Below, in pieces: positions 1 to 52,335 of a stretch of 64,000 nt of DNA. The notes below the pieces were generated by a model. That model had not been told where the DNA came from and made no database searches. It worked only from the letters and a program-made list of their open reading frames with translations. The DNA lies in NCBI RefSeq assembly GCF_018350175.1, contig NC_058382.1, positions 60,948,001-61,012,000 of the forward strand, read 5' to 3'. This stretch comes from Felis catus. Lineage: Eukaryota. Positions within the stretch are counted from its first letter, which is position 1, and the number at the start of each line of letters is the position of its first letter. The position numbers were made by a program, and so were the translations under genes.

Positions 1-384
1 CGAGTCACCAAGGCGCCTCGGGTTCTATTTTTACGTGAGGATCTAAGAAAGTATGTTGGTGCTATCTTTATTCAGCCGTAGATCATTATCAGTAATTCTA
101 GGTTTCTGCGCAGCTTCACTCTTCTCCTTCCATTGGAGACACAGCGTCTCGTTATCCTGGCCCCCTAATGAGTTGTATCCTGGCTTGTGGCTGTCGCGAG
201 TCGCACGGCCGTGAACATCTCTGGGGACACAGCTTGTGCAGATGACTCATTCTTTATGGGAGTTGTTGTTATGTGGGGTGGAGTCTGACTTTAAGCAAAG
301 GGGACACGTGTCGGGCTGTTCATTCCGCTTCACAGCCGTGGGGAGGAGGGAGGCGTGGGGCAGAGGGGGCGGGACGTGGGTTCC

Positions 385-472
385 GAGCTCGAGATCCCAG
401 CTCCGTCGCTTGGCAGGAGCAAGGACACACGATGACTTCTCTGAGCCTCAGTTTCCTCACCTGCAGAACGGG
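385..472. mobile_element. MIR SINE remnant
   Basis: ATCCCAGCTCC...CTCTGAGCCTCAGTTTCCTCACCTG MIR core signature. Confidence 0.6.
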
Positions 473-639
473 TACAACGCAGCCCTTTGCCAGTCACACA
501 GCGCCTCGGCCCTACTGCCCTCCGTCGCGGCTCAGGGCACCCACTGGCAGGGGCCCCGGGGCCTCCGTGTCTGAAAGCCTTCCGGTCACCTTGCCTGGCT
601 CGACTCTTCAGGGCACGGGCCGTCCGCCTCAGCCAGCCC

Positions 640-918
640 AGCGGCTCTAACAAAACATCACCTGTAGCCCAACGCCTATGACCAGGGTGCCGGCTCGTCC
701 AGTGCCTGGTGAGAACCGGCTGCCTGGCAGGTACCTGTCACCTGCTTGTGTCCTCACCTGGCAGAGAGCAGAGAGGAGGCAAGCTCTCCCGGCTCTCTCG
801 TCGTGGGTTCCACCTCACACACTCATCTGTCCTAATTGCCTTGCAAAGGCCCCACTTCTTAACATAAGGGGCAGAGCTTCAACATGTGAATTGTGGGGGG
901 ACACAACCGCTCAGTCCA
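640..918. mobile_element. MaLR (MLT1-like) solo LTR remnant
   Basis: ...TGTGTCCTCACCTGGCAGAGAG...CTTCAACATGTGAATTGTGGGGGACACAACCGCTCAGTCCA, typical of an MLT1 end. Confidence 0.6.
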
Positions 919-1798
919 CACGTCACACTACTTGGTGTGTCTGTCTATTCACCGCTCTCTCTGCTTCCCCTGCGAGCGTGTAACTTGCAGGAGGGCGAGG
1001 GGCTCTGTCTTCGTCTCTGCGCCTCGAACAGGCCTGGGGGGCACGGGCACCTGCACAGACACCCACCCGTCTGTCCCGTGAACTGCCAGGAGGCCAAGGG
1101 GAGGCCGCGGACGCACTTAGGGTCCTGTGCCACTCAGGGGAGGGTGGAGCCGTGGTGAGGAGGATTTACGTGTAGACAGTGACCCCTTCCCCTCTGTGCT
1201 TGGTGGAAAGCCCTCCCTAGGGGGACCTCGGTGTGTTTAGGGGCCAGAGGCAAGAACACAGCCACAGTGGCAGTGCTGGGCAGGGGCTGCTGAGGGCTCA
1301 GAGGACCCGTGAAGTTTACACGAAGGGCTTCCTTGCCCCCTCCCCCTTGAGAAACTATTTTACAAATAAATAAAAATCATTTTACAGTCTGTTTATCAGC
1401 TACACAGTTTGAGAGACCACCGTGCCCTTCCCGCCCACCAGAGGCAACGCTGATTGCCTCCACGTGCCTGCAGAGCCTCCGTGGTGGTCCCTGTCACTGT
1501 CTGCTCCTGCTGTGGACGCCCAGAGCCCATCTCTCCCACCACACCCGTCCCTCCCTGAGAGGCGGCCATGGACTTGGTTAGGTCAACATCAACGTGTGCA
1601 GCTACTGTAAATGTGAGCCTGTAAGCGCCGTAGGGAACGGCCTCCTAGAACACGATTTCTCTGCCGTGGCTGTACGCCTGCCCGTTTTCCCTGCGTGGAT
1701 CACCACCCTGTCTCTTGATCGGTTTTCTATGCCCAAACTCTGCCTCGATTGTTCGGATCTCCTCTCAAAGGAGCAAACACAGAAATTCCATCAGTTTA

Positions 1799-2010
1799 GG
1801 GGCGCCTGGGTGGCTGAGTCGGTTGAACATCCGACCTCGGCTCAGGTCATGATCTCATGGTTCGTGGGCTGGAGCTCCGCATCGGGCTCTGTGCTGACAG
1901 CTCGGAGCCCAGAGCCTGCTTCGGATTCTGTCTCCCTCTCTCTGCTCCTCCCCTGCTTGTTCCCTGTCTCTGTCTCTCAAAAACAAGTAAACGTTGGGCG
2001 CTTTTTTAAA
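1799..2010 (+). mobile_element. Can-SINE (SINEC_Fc-like)
   Basis: GGGGCGCCTGGGTGGCT head, (CT)n, A-rich tail; TSD AGAA(A/G)TTCCATCAGTT at 1781-1796 and 2011-2026. Confidence 0.95.
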
Positions 2011-2429
2011 AGAAGTTCCATCAGTTGCATCTTGGGGCGGGGGGCAGGGAATGACCACTCCCACCTGTCAGGTGCAGGTCTCTGCAGCAGTGGGAATGGG
2101 ACCGGGGGGGAAGCTGGGATCTGACTCAGGTTCTCACTGGGCCACTTGGCTGCTGCACTGGAAACAGGCAGCTGGTAGTGGGGTGGGGGCAGGGCGAGCG
2201 GGGAGACCAGGAGGAGGCTAGTTCAGTAATCTGGATGTGAGATGAGGGTTTCCCAGGGCCCGTGGGGTGGCTGCACAGTGGCTGGTGGGAAGGGGCTGGC
2301 TCCTGAGGGACTCTGAAGGAGAGATGACCAGGACTGGACGTGAGGTGGAAAGGAAGGAGGAGTCTACATGACCGAGCTCCCGGAACAGCCGTGAGCTGGG
2401 CAGGCGGCAGCGGAAGTGTTAAGACAGCC

Positions 2430-2738
2430 CTCCCGCAGCTGTAACGGGGAACCACAGATGGGGGCCCATAAGCCACGGCCCTGGAGGCTGGAAGCTGCGG
2501 ACCAAGGTGCCGGCCGACTCAGTGTCTGACGAGGACCCGCTTCCCGGTTCACCGATGACCGTCTGGCTGCGTCCTTGCGTGGCGAAGGGCGAGGGAGCTC
2601 CCTGGGACCTCCGTTGTAAAGGCAGGAAGCCACTCGTGGCCTAAGCGCCTCCCAAGGGTCACCTCCTGATACCATCCCATTGGGTGTTAGGTTCAACATA
2701 TGCATTTTAGGGGGACATAAACACTCAGCCCGTTAACA
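2430..2738. mobile_element. MaLR (MLT1A-like) solo LTR remnant
   Basis: CTGGAGGCTGGAAG...CAAGGTGCCGGC...CCTGATACCATCCCATTGGGTGTTAGGTTCAACATATGCATTTTAGGGGGACATAAACACTCAG. Confidence 0.65.
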
Positions 2739-3189
2739 GGAAAGACCCAGTTCAGGTGGGCCATGTCAGGTGTTCGACCCTCTGGAACACACAAGTGAGA
2801 CGTCAGGCAGCTGGGATCTGCGACCAGGGACCCAAGTCTGCGTGCACTCACTGTACCAGGCACTCTGTGGCCCTCCACCCAGAAGGTGCTCGTTGTCATG
2901 AATTTCTTTGATGATTTCTGCCTTCTCCGCTGTCCCTCCCCAAAACTACTATTTTTCATATAGGACCTTCTGGATGAGCCCATTTCCTTATCTTTCCTCT
3001 GGGGTTTTCCATCTCCTAGTCTTTTTTTTTTTTTTCTGTCTCTGGGGGATCCCCAGCCCCTCTTCCCTTGGGCCATGGCATTCTCCTTCTCCAGGAGCTC
3101 CCCTGAGTGTCCGGAATGTTCCTGACAGAGAACGGGGCTCCCCTCTTCTGCGCCACAGCCGGGAAGGTTTGGGCCCCTGCCTCTGGGCC

Positions 3190-3400
3190 ACCCACGCGCC
3201 ACCCCTGTCACCCTGCTCCAGGTCCCGCGCCACCAGTGTGTCCCCGTGCCTCCTGCACTCCCAGGTCCCGCGCCCCCTGTGTCACCCACGCGCCACCCCT
3301 GCTCCAGCGCCACCCGTGTGTCCCGTGTCCCCATGTCCCCCGCGCCCCCAGGTCCAGCGCCACCCGTGAGTCCCCGCGGCCCCAGGTCCAGCGCCGTCCT
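3190..3400. repeat. Degenerate GC-rich minisatellite at the 5' edge of the CpG island
   Basis: Recurring CCAGGTCC(C/A)GCGCC and GCGCCACCC(C/G)TG units. Confidence 0.7.
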
Positions 3401-3799
3401 CCCGGGAGGACCGCCCGCAGTGAGGGCCGTGCGCGATCCAGGACGACCTGCGCCCACACACCGCTGGACCGCACGGCTTGCGTGCGTTTGTTTTTTACTT
3501 TAGAAAAAAAATCACACGTTTCAGCCAAACGAACGGACTCTCGCCCCGAGTTCAAACACCCGCAGCGGTGGCGCAGCCGAGCCCCGTCACGCCCCGCCGG
3601 TAGCTACAGTTTTGAGACGCTCTGGTCCAGTCGGGAGCCCAGCGGCCGGGTGTCTAGTCCACCGACCGAGGTCACAGCGAACACCCTCCCGGCGGGCGCC
3701 TCCCGCTGTCGGCGCCGGGAACGTTCGCGCCCGGAACCCGCCGCCGCGGCGCCGCACGCGCCGGGAGGGTGGGGGTGGACGCGCTCCGGCGCCAGACGC

Positions 3800-3896
3800 G
3801 GGGTGCGCGCGCAGCCGCGATTCCGGTTCCGGCCCGAGGGGAGGCGGAGGAGGAGCGCGAGCCGGAGGAGGAGGAGCGAGCGCCGCGCGGGCCGAG
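3800..3896 (+). other. ACSF3: Candidate non-coding first exon of ACSF3 (start approximate)
   Basis: GGA-rich segment in the CpG island ending at the donor-like GAG|GTAGAG (3896/3897); no transcript evidence available. Confidence 0.35.
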
Positions 3897-6800
3897 GTAG
3901 AGCCCTCCGTCCCCGGCCCCGCAGGCGTCCCCGCGCGCAGGCCTCCGCGTCCCGGCCCCGCCTCCTCGGCCGCGCGCCGCGGGGGCGCCTGGGCCGCGCG
4001 CCGGCGGCCGTGCCGAGGCGGGGGGAGGGGGGAGGGCGCCCGCTGTCCGTGCTCGGCCTCCGTGCCGGGGTCGCCGGGTCGCCGCGTGTAAAGTAAATCA
4101 TTTCCGTCTCCGCCGGGCCTGAGGTGCCCGCGCCCCCTGCGCGTCGTCCTCGCTGCCTGCTGCGTGCGGCGGGCGCCCAGGGGGCGGGTCCGCCCGGCTG
4201 AGCAGCCGGGCTCTGAGAGGCGATGAGTGGGGCGCCAGCCGGGGAGGGACGAGAAGTCAGCGGTGGGAGCGCCCGTCACTCCGGGGAATGGCTGCGTCGC
4301 CGCCCCCAGGGGGCAGGTGTCTGCGGGGGCACCAGGGCCGCGCTGCTACCATGGAGCGTCTTGGCGCCTCGGGTGGTGGCTGCGGCGGCCGGCCGCCGCG
4401 AGGTGCGGGGCCGTGCCCAAGGGCGGACCGAATGAGCCGGGTGGAACGCGGCCTGGGCCCGTGTCACGCCTCCAGGCGGCACTTTTGAAACAGTATTTTA
4501 CTTCCTGATACGGATCCGGGTTTGAGCAGGACTTTCCCCCTTTGGGTTTTTTGATTTGAGGGTAGCGGTCCTGGACGCACCGTGATGCCTGTTAGAAATA
4601 CAGACTTTCGGGTTCTGGGGGCCGTCACGTGCGCTCTTGCTCATTTAGAAAGCAGCCACCCTCGTTTGAATGCAAGTATCACTCAGGAAGTGATTCCTGC
4701 CGCGGGGCCCCTGGGTCCTTCCTGCACAGGCTGCACGCAGGCCTTGTAACCAAAGGGAAGTGAAGGCTTAGGCAGGTGCAGAAACCAGGGGGGAGGAGCA
4801 GAGGCCCCGGTGCAGGCCTGTGCTGACTCTGGAGCCTGTGCTCTGAGCCATGGGTGTGACCCCACCACCTTCCTGATGCCCCGCGGGCTTCGGTTCCGCC
4901 GGAGAGTCTGGGTGGTGAGCATAACCAGTGGCCTCTGTCAGGTCTCGGGCTGGGCTTCTCACCGCTGGAGGAACCTGAAAACAGCGTGTCCTGGGAGAAG
5001 AAAACCAAAATGCAGGTTCCTTGGGTCTTTGGCCGGGATCCTGCCACATCGCAGCCGGGTGCCCGTGGCCGGCTGGTGACCCAAGAGCAGTTTCGTGGAG
5101 CTGGGTCGTTGAGACAGGGAGAACCCGTGGCCTGACTGCATTTACTTGGTGGCAGTGGCAGTCGAAGCTGAGCCGCTGGGGGTGGTGGAGACCCCATGAC
5201 CAAGGAGGCCCTGTGGCTGGAAGGTGGGGCTGTCTTCCTGAAGGGTCTGTTGGTCCTTCTGGACCCAGAGGTGTCCAGGAGGATGACACACAGTCATCTG
5301 CCCTGGATAGAGGTATGTTTTTGCCTGTTCCCGTCGGGCCCCTGATCCCCTGATCTTGAAGACTAGCCCTGTCTACAAGAGTTCATGACGAGTCATTTCA
5401 GGGTCACTTACGTGGGCGATTAAAAGCCGTCTTGAAGTCTGGTGCCAGAATACATGAGCGCATCCTCTCTGGAGGGGACTCTGGCAGTATTTCCCCAAAT
5501 TAAAAGTAATTTTTGCCGTGAGGCCCCCTGGTGAGCCCTGGGAGGGCCACGTCTCAGAATCTGCTCCACGAACTACCCCCTGGGAGCCCGGTACGTGCAC
5601 CCCGTGGCTCCTTCCCCGGACATTTGCCCGGCGGGCTCCTTCTTACCTTAGCTGGGGCGATTCTGGCCTGAGGCCATGCTTCCGGGAGCCCTCGGCTCGC
5701 GGCATCTGTCCCCGTCTCGCCGGCCGCCAGACGCTCAGACTGGTAGTGGGAGATGCCTAGTGTGTCCCCGTCCACGCGGCCGCCGCAGGAGCTGCTGCAT
5801 CGGCACCGATGTTTCCACGTCTGCACAAGCCTCTTACGAACCGGCAGTTTTAACTGAAGGAAAAACGCTGTTGTCTCCTTTTTATTTGCTTCTATCGTTT
5901 TGAGAAACTAAAGAGCTATGGAGAGCTACAGACACCCTGCAGACCCACCACCCAAAACAAATGGGTTTATATTTTTGTCTCTTTTGTGTAGAAGAAAATA
6001 ATGCTGCAGTTGGAAGCATCTCCACTTTTAGAAACTAAATGACATTTATTAGGCTTTTGAAACACTGGACTGAAAGTTGTACGTGCTCATTTCAGAAGAA
6101 TTGGAGAAAATTGGGAAGCACTGAGAGGAGCCAAGAATCACCTGATTCCCACAACCCCCCGATCACCTGGTGTGTCCGCCTTCAAGGCTTCTCAGCTGCA
6201 ACCATTTTTTTCCCTCGGTGGCATTGCAGGACGCTTCCTGGCGGTCAGCACGCGCCCTCCACAGCTGGGCTGGGGCCCCGGCACCCCGTGCTCACCCTGA
6301 TCTCCTTAAAGCTCTTCTGGACCCTCTGGTTGAGTCCCAGTTTTCCGTATCGTAAATAACATCGCAGGGAACGTCCCGTTTGTGCGTCGTGGTGCACGTC
6401 TCGAGTATTTTCTGAGGCTATGCTTTAAAAATACCACTGTGGGAACACAGGGCTTCTGTTTTCTGGGGCTTTTCGGTCTCATCTTGAGCTGACTGTGAAA
6501 TATCCTTTGGGGTGGCTGAGTCGATGCCCTGGGGCAGCCTGGCTTGTGGCTGGTGAAGCCTGTGGGGTGGAAGTCAGATGTCTGCCTCTTGGGGCCATTG
6601 CCCCGTCCGTCCCCAGCCCTGTTTACGGGGCCAGCCCTGCTTTCCGGTTCTCAGGACTGACCCCAGGGCACGGGGTCCAAGGGCTCAGACTCCAGCTTCT
6701 CGGTGCCGTCTGCCCCTGGTGTGGCGCAGCTCCTGGGACCCCGGGACACGCAGGCAGCGTACCCCCATCTCCCAGTGACAGGGAGGCAGGAGGTGTCTGT

Positions 6801-9342
6801 TCTTTGAGGGCCTGGAGGGGAGACGTGGGAGCACATGTGGATGAAAGGAAAGTGGCGTGGATTTCTGTGGCTGCAGTCACGGCCCCACGCCTGACACCCC
6901 CTCCGGTGCCTCTGGGGACAGAGGTGGAAGAGGCAGCTGTTGGCGGCTGCTGGGGTGCTCCGTTCCTTAGCACCCCCAGCTAGCGCCCTGAGCACCTGTC
7001 CTGTGCTCTCCCCCAGAAGAGCCGGCCTCCGCATGGCCCAGAAGTGCCTGGTAGCAGGCTTTCTGTCCGCGGACTCTTTTCTTTTCCCTCTGGCCACTAC
7101 GGCTAATAGAGAAGAATTTGCTAGAAGTGAGGGAAGGAAACCTGTCACAGCTACCCTGCTTTGTTCTTCACGAGCTTGCTTTCTCTCCGAAACATGTTTA
7201 TCACGTTTACTGTTTTCTCTGGTTGAGCCCAGCTCTCTCCTTACCATTTGGCAGATTTCTTTATAGTAGCAGACGCGCAGACCCAGCCACGGATCCGCCT
7301 CTGACCCACGGGAAGAGGGCAGGACAAGGACCCAGAGAAGTGATAGGACACGGGGGCTTTGAATGACGGCCTCTTTCATCTGGAAATAGCGTGGGGTCCG
7401 GTATGTTTGAGAACCGACCCTTAGGCGGCTGGAGGCTGTGGACTGTTAAGGCGGACTCGCCCGGGGCCTCCGCCAGCAGCGGGAGCCGAGGGGGTCCTGG
7501 AAGGCCTGCGGTGCGGGCGGGGCCCCCCTGGTGGCTGCTGGACAGGCCCCCCGCCAGGCTGCCCAGAGGCTCCCTGCGGAGCCCCCAGGCCGCAGGAGAA
7601 AGCCTCGGCCTGCCACACTGCACGGGGCCCCCACACTGCATGGCCCACCACTTGCTTGCCGAGGGGCTCAGGGGCTCGCACAAAGCACGGTTCACACTTC
7701 CGCAGCCTGTTTGTGTTGTTGGGTAATTACAAAGTGTTGTGTATAATTTGCTTTTAAATTAAGAACAGAGAACAAAACCGTTTCCTTCGTGTAACAAACA
7801 AGAACACATTAGTCTTCCCCTGTGGCAAGTGAATGAAAGAGTAAAGCCAGGGTTTGTCAGGGGGAGAACTTGCTGAGCAGGGGGAGTGGGGGGAGAGAGT
7901 GGGACACAGAGCATGGGGGAGGCGGTGGGGGCGCCTGGGCCCCTCCTGGTCTCCGTTTTGCTGCGCCTGCTGGGAAGGGGGCAAGAGGTACAGCTTCCGT
8001 TACAGTGTTGTTGGACGGCAGGCATCCCGTCAGCCTGTGGCATATCCAGAGGTGCCCTCTGGGGTCCCTGTGCCTGTCCTCCCCCACCCCACCCTCCAGG
8101 GACCGGCGGTGTGCGGTCATTGGTTGGGCTCATGCCTGCTGACCGGCTGTGGGCTCTGGTGGGCTTGGCTGGGATGGGAGGCTCTGCTGCGGGGGCGGGG
8201 GGCTCTTCCGGGATGGGGGGGCGTGAGCTTGGCTGGGCTCTGTCTCTGACTTGGGGGCTGGGCACCTTGGAAGTTTCTTTGTGTGAAGTCCGAGGTGGTT
8301 TCCTTGCCCACTGAGCAGCCCGGCCGCAGCCGAAGGGGGTTACCGGGCGCAGACACATCCTAGTGCGGGAGGTGCATTTTCACTGCCGGCGACCCAGAGC
8401 CCAGAAGGGGCAGGGGCCGCGGGGTGCGCCCAGGGAGGGGGGCACAGTGAGAGCTGAAGGAGCTGCGAAATTGGGGATTTCAACCCGGAGCGAACGGTCG
8501 CACAACCCGGAGTCTTCCGGTCGTGCTGGTGGCAGAGGCTCCAGGAAGCAGGTGGGCTCCTGACCCCTGGAATTGAGCTGAACTTCAGCTCCAAACTGCG
8601 GTCCAGCGGAGGCAGTCTTGAAAGCCTGCGCCCTCTCCTGCTAAGTGCTGACGCCCCTGGCTGTCCCCAGGAGGTGGTGGCCCAGAGCAGAGGGGCCTGC
8701 TGCAGGAGGCTCCCCTCTCTGGGCGCTCAGCACAAGTGCAGGGAGAAGTCAGCCGACCACAGCCCCTCCCGGAGGGCTCTTCTCCTGGCCCCGGGGTCCT
8801 GATTCTGACAGAGAGGGAAGAGTCCCCTTCGGCTTAAACCTAGACTGACGCACCTGAGACCCGCAGACTCACTTTGTCTGGGCCTCTGCAGGCCGCCGCG
8901 TTCTGGACCGCGCTCCAGGGAGGGGTGCGTGCGGAGCCAAAGCGCGGCCTGTGTGTGGGTTCCGGGTGCCCCGGCCTCCAGGCTGCGCCCGCGGGGGGCA
9001 CAGAGAATAGGTGCTCAGCGGCCCTCGGTGCTCCCTCCTCGTAGCTAGTAATTCTCCAGCCAGTAAGTTATTCAGAATTTACTTGAAGGGCCTTGAACTT
9101 GCTTTTCCTTGGTTTTTGCCTAGTTTAGTTGTTTTAGAAACTGCATTTTTGAAGCCCGGAAGGTGCCGCGTCGCGGTGGCTTTCGGTTCGGGATGTCAGC
9201 TGGTGCCCGGGGGCCGGCCGACGCCATCTGGGCAATTCCACCCCCGCTCTGGCGGCGGTAACCTGTGGCGCCCTCTCTCCCTGCCCCGCCCCAGGTAAAT
9301 CCACTTGGACGTTTGTGGGTGCGGTGCTGCCCCCCACCCGTG

Positions 9343-48973
<39,631 letters not shown>

Positions 48974-49183
48974 AACCCCCCAGATCAGAGGGAACAGTGC
49001 CGGGGCTAGCAGAAATGAGATCACAGTGCTGATTTTCAGATCCGACGTGACCCCCTGTCGCCTCTGCTGCGTCCTCACGGCCACACCCACACCGAGCGTG
49101 GCTCCCTGTGCTGCCGTCTGCTGGGCGGGTCCCCGCAGCGTCCAGCGGCACGCCCCAGGGCAGCAGGCCTCCAAGCAAAATTC

Positions 49184-49189
49184 AGTAAA
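49184..49189 (+). terminator. Candidate polyadenylation signal (AGTAAA variant) of ACSF3
   Basis: AGTAAA ~210 nt after the stop, then CA ~18 nt later and a GU-rich tract (TGTGCCGTGCTGTCTG); no AATAAA seen in the following kilobases. Confidence 0.5.
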
Positions 49190-52169
49190 GTCTGTGCAAA
49201 GACAAGCATGTGCCGTGCTGTCTGCCCAGGGGCGCAGGGGGGCATCGCGTGCCGGGTACAGAAGTCCTGCCTCTGTGTGCACAGCCGAGTGTCTCCCACA
49301 GTCTGGGCTGTCCATGTGGCCTCCCCAGGTGACCTGTGACCCCTCCAGGCCCTCCTGGCTGGACACCCGACTGCTCAGAGAAGCCAACCGGGAGAGTGGG
49401 CCTGGGTATCCTGGTGGGGACAGCCCGGCACCGTGAGCGCGGCATCACCAAGGGGCGTCCCTCTGCACAGGGCCAAGCGGACCGCCATGGGAACTCAGGG
49501 CTCGGAGCAGAGTGCCTGGATGCTGTGCTGGCGGCCACATGTGGCCCCATGATCCCCCACAGGAGCTTTCTAGACCAGGGGCCGGGGGGCCTCTGTGATG
49601 GATGAGCCAGGGGATCCGAGTTTCTGGCTCCGTGGCCACGCGGCCCCTGTCGCTGTCGATCCTGCTGTTTGTGTGAGAGTCCGTCTGATGGGCCGACAGC
49701 TGCCCTGCCTTGACCCACCTATCTGTGCCACGCCCTCCCCGGGGCCCCACGGCACCCTTTTGCGTCCGCCCCACAGCCCTGCACCTCTGCTCTTAGTGGT
49801 GCTGGCTCTGGCACATGGGTGCCCCACCCACACTGCAAGCAGAAAATCCAGAAGCTTCTGGATAGTTTATCGGAGACCACAGCAGCTGCTGTGCCCAAGA
49901 CTGCTGGAGTCTGGAGCTCTTTCTGAACGTTATGTGCCCGGAACGCTTGCCTAAAAGACCAGCAAAATGGGGCTGGGGCGGGAGGGGCCATTTTGGCCCT
50001 GGGCAGGGGCCAGGTGCTCGAGACGCTGTGGAAGCCGGCCGACTACTCCCCTACTCCCGCGCGGTGTGCGGCCTGGCTCCCCGAGAGCCTGACCCCAGGC
50101 GTGGTGTTTGCTCCAGGGTGACCAGCCCATGCTCCTGCCTGAGCCCGGGACACGCACACCAGTCATTGCCTGCCAGGCAGGCTGGCCACCGGAAGGGCTC
50201 AGCTGGCTGCCTGCCGTCCGACTCTTCTGGGGGGGTGGCCCTCGGCACCACACGGGACAGCGTGTGCTCAGGCTGGCCCTGGTCTGGCCTTGTAAGTAGG
50301 GAGCCACCTGCCACTGGGGGGAATCAGATCGAAGGTTGCAGGGTCTTTAATTAATCCTGAAAGCTTTGATTCCTGAAACCATTCACAAAATTATTTAGTT
50401 TATGCTATACTCTGTATCAAATACCTTGAAAGCCTAATAGTCACCTTCTACTAACAAGACCACAGAAGGACGTTGGCTTGTTTTGGGAACATGTGCCTCT
50501 GAGGACACGGAATGCCGTGTCCTCCTTGTCCATGTGACCGAGCATGACGACGCTTCCCCCTTGGCTGGACAGCCCTACGCTGTCCTGCGCTCCACTCCCA
50601 GAGAAGGGCCAGGAGCAGGTGCCTGAGGTTGGCCATGGGCTTGGTTAGCGGCCGCTGGTGCCCCTGGCCCCCTCACCCCCAGAGGGACTCCTGTGGAGGC
50701 GTCAGGCGCCCTGGGGCTGAGGCTGTTGGAGGGCAGCAGGCGGGCCCCGGAGGGAAGGAGCACACACAGCTGGTGTAGACGGCACAGGTCCTCACCCACA
50801 TGTACGGGCACCGGGGCCAGCAGAAGCCGGGCCCCGTGACGTGGGGAAAAGGCTGGAAACAGCCTTGTCTCTGCCTCAGTTTCCCTCTTCATGACTTGAG
50901 GCTGGCATTTCCTTAGGGCTCTTCTGGCCAAGGACTGAGGGCTTTGCTTCCTTGGAGCTCAGTCCGTGGAGGCTGGTGGTCCCAGCATGGCCTCCCACCT
51001 GAGCTCCCTCGAGGGCTGGGCCAGCACAGGCCAGGCTGCCACGTGCCCCCTGACCACGTCCGCCACGGGCACGGCTGTCGCCACATGCCTAATCCCTTTA
51101 CCGGCCACCATCAACAGCGCAGAGTCCCCGACGGTCAGGGACTCTCCCAGGCCACGGCCACTGCTGTCCACGCTCAGATTTTTCCGTGTCTCCCCTCTGT
51201 GCCCTGGGGCCTCCCCCTGCCACACATGGCATCTGGCTTCTCCCGAAACCCTCCTCCCACACCCCTCCGAGGGGCACGGCGGGAAGTGAGACTGGACGGA
51301 CACCGGACGAGAGTAGAGATCCTCTGTGCGGCACCCTCGGGCCCAGGACGGACGCCTCTCCCGTCGGGACGGGGGCGAGTCCCCACGAGGGCCCTGGGAT
51401 CGGACTCTCCAGCTGAGGGCAGGGGCAGCGGGGCCCCCCCGCCAACACAGGTGAGCGTGGGGCGCCCCCAGCAGCCCCCAGGGCAGGGGCCAGGTGCCCG
51501 AGGGAGGAAGTCGTGCGAGCGCTCTGAGCGCCCCGAGAGCCGGGTCCTGGGGCGCTAAGGCTGGGGTTCCCGTCTGGGAGGGTTGGAGACCAGCCCTGCT
51601 CGCCGTGTCGGGAGGACGGCGTAACCGTGTGGAGCGGGGCAGCGCCTGGCGGATGGAGGCAGCCCCGTGGGGGAGACGCGTGCCTTCAGGGGCTCGGGCC
51701 ACGGCCACGCCTGCGCACGCACGAGCCCTGAGGTCCTTTCCCAAGAGCCCCTGGAACGGCTGAAGCTCTGAAAGCCAGACTCTGTTTCTGTTTTCTCTGC
51801 CACGAGGTGGGGGGTGGGGTGCACCCTGAGTACGAGGGAGGGAAGGGCGGCGGCCCCACTCAGGTCCCCCCTGCGGGCAGCAAACCCGATCGGCCGCGCT
51901 CCCATGGCCCGGCTGTGTCGGACAGACGCCCCGGGTGTTCCCAGCCTGTTGTCCAGACAAACGGGCGCCGTGTGGTGGGCGACGGCCCAGGGTCCCAGGA
52001 AGAGGGAGCCTGGGTGCAAACCACTCTCTGTCTGGGGGTGAGGTCAGACGACTAACCAAGCCCAACAGCGAGGCCGCCGACAGATGCATAACCGTGCGGG
52101 TACGGTGGTCTGGGCGGGAGGCCGTCTGCAGGGAGGTGGGGCAGCCGGGAGCCCAGGACCTGGTCGGCA

Positions 52170-52335
52170 GCCAGGAACTGCGGCAGCAGGGCCATCCCCG
52201 GGGACCCAGAGTCAGACACTCTGCCGGCCGTGGATGCCTCTAGAAGCCGGGAGAGAGGGGAAACGGACCGTCCCCTGGAGCCTCCAGGAGGAAGCAGCCC
52301 TGTGACATCTCAGCACATGAGCCCCCAGCCTGAGA
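52170..52335. mobile_element. MaLR (MLT1-like) LTR fragment
   Basis: GATGCCTCTAGAAGCCGGGAGAGAGGGGAAACGGACCGTCCCCTGGAGCCTCCAGGAGGAAGCAGCCCTGTGACA. Confidence 0.5.

Larger units (their letters stand above)
3150..4480. promoter_or_regulatory. CpG-island promoter of ACSF3
   Basis: Densest CpG/GC stretch in the window; ETS-type CCGGAA/TTCCGG motifs at ~3731 and ~3822-3832; no TATA box seen; ~5.5 kb upstream of the first coding exon. Confidence 0.85.

Noticed and set aside
1799..1880. tRNA-like A/B-box sequences at SINE heads
   Set aside because: Can-SINEs are tRNA-derived; each head continues into a SINE body or A-tail with TSDs, so they are not tRNA genes.
3107..4279. Overlapping 160-330 aa ORFs on both strands
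   Set aside because: Arg/Pro/Gly/Ala-rich translations of a CpG island depleted of stop codons; no recognisable domain.
5190..7300. Candidate internal non-coding 5'-UTR exons (donor GAG|GTATGT near 5312; acceptor CCCCAG at 7016)
   Set aside because: Isolated splice-like motifs only; cannot be paired or confirmed without transcript data.
50959..52089. 376-aa minus-strand ORF downstream of ACSF3
   Set aside because: Low-complexity GC-rich translation with no family motifs or splice support.
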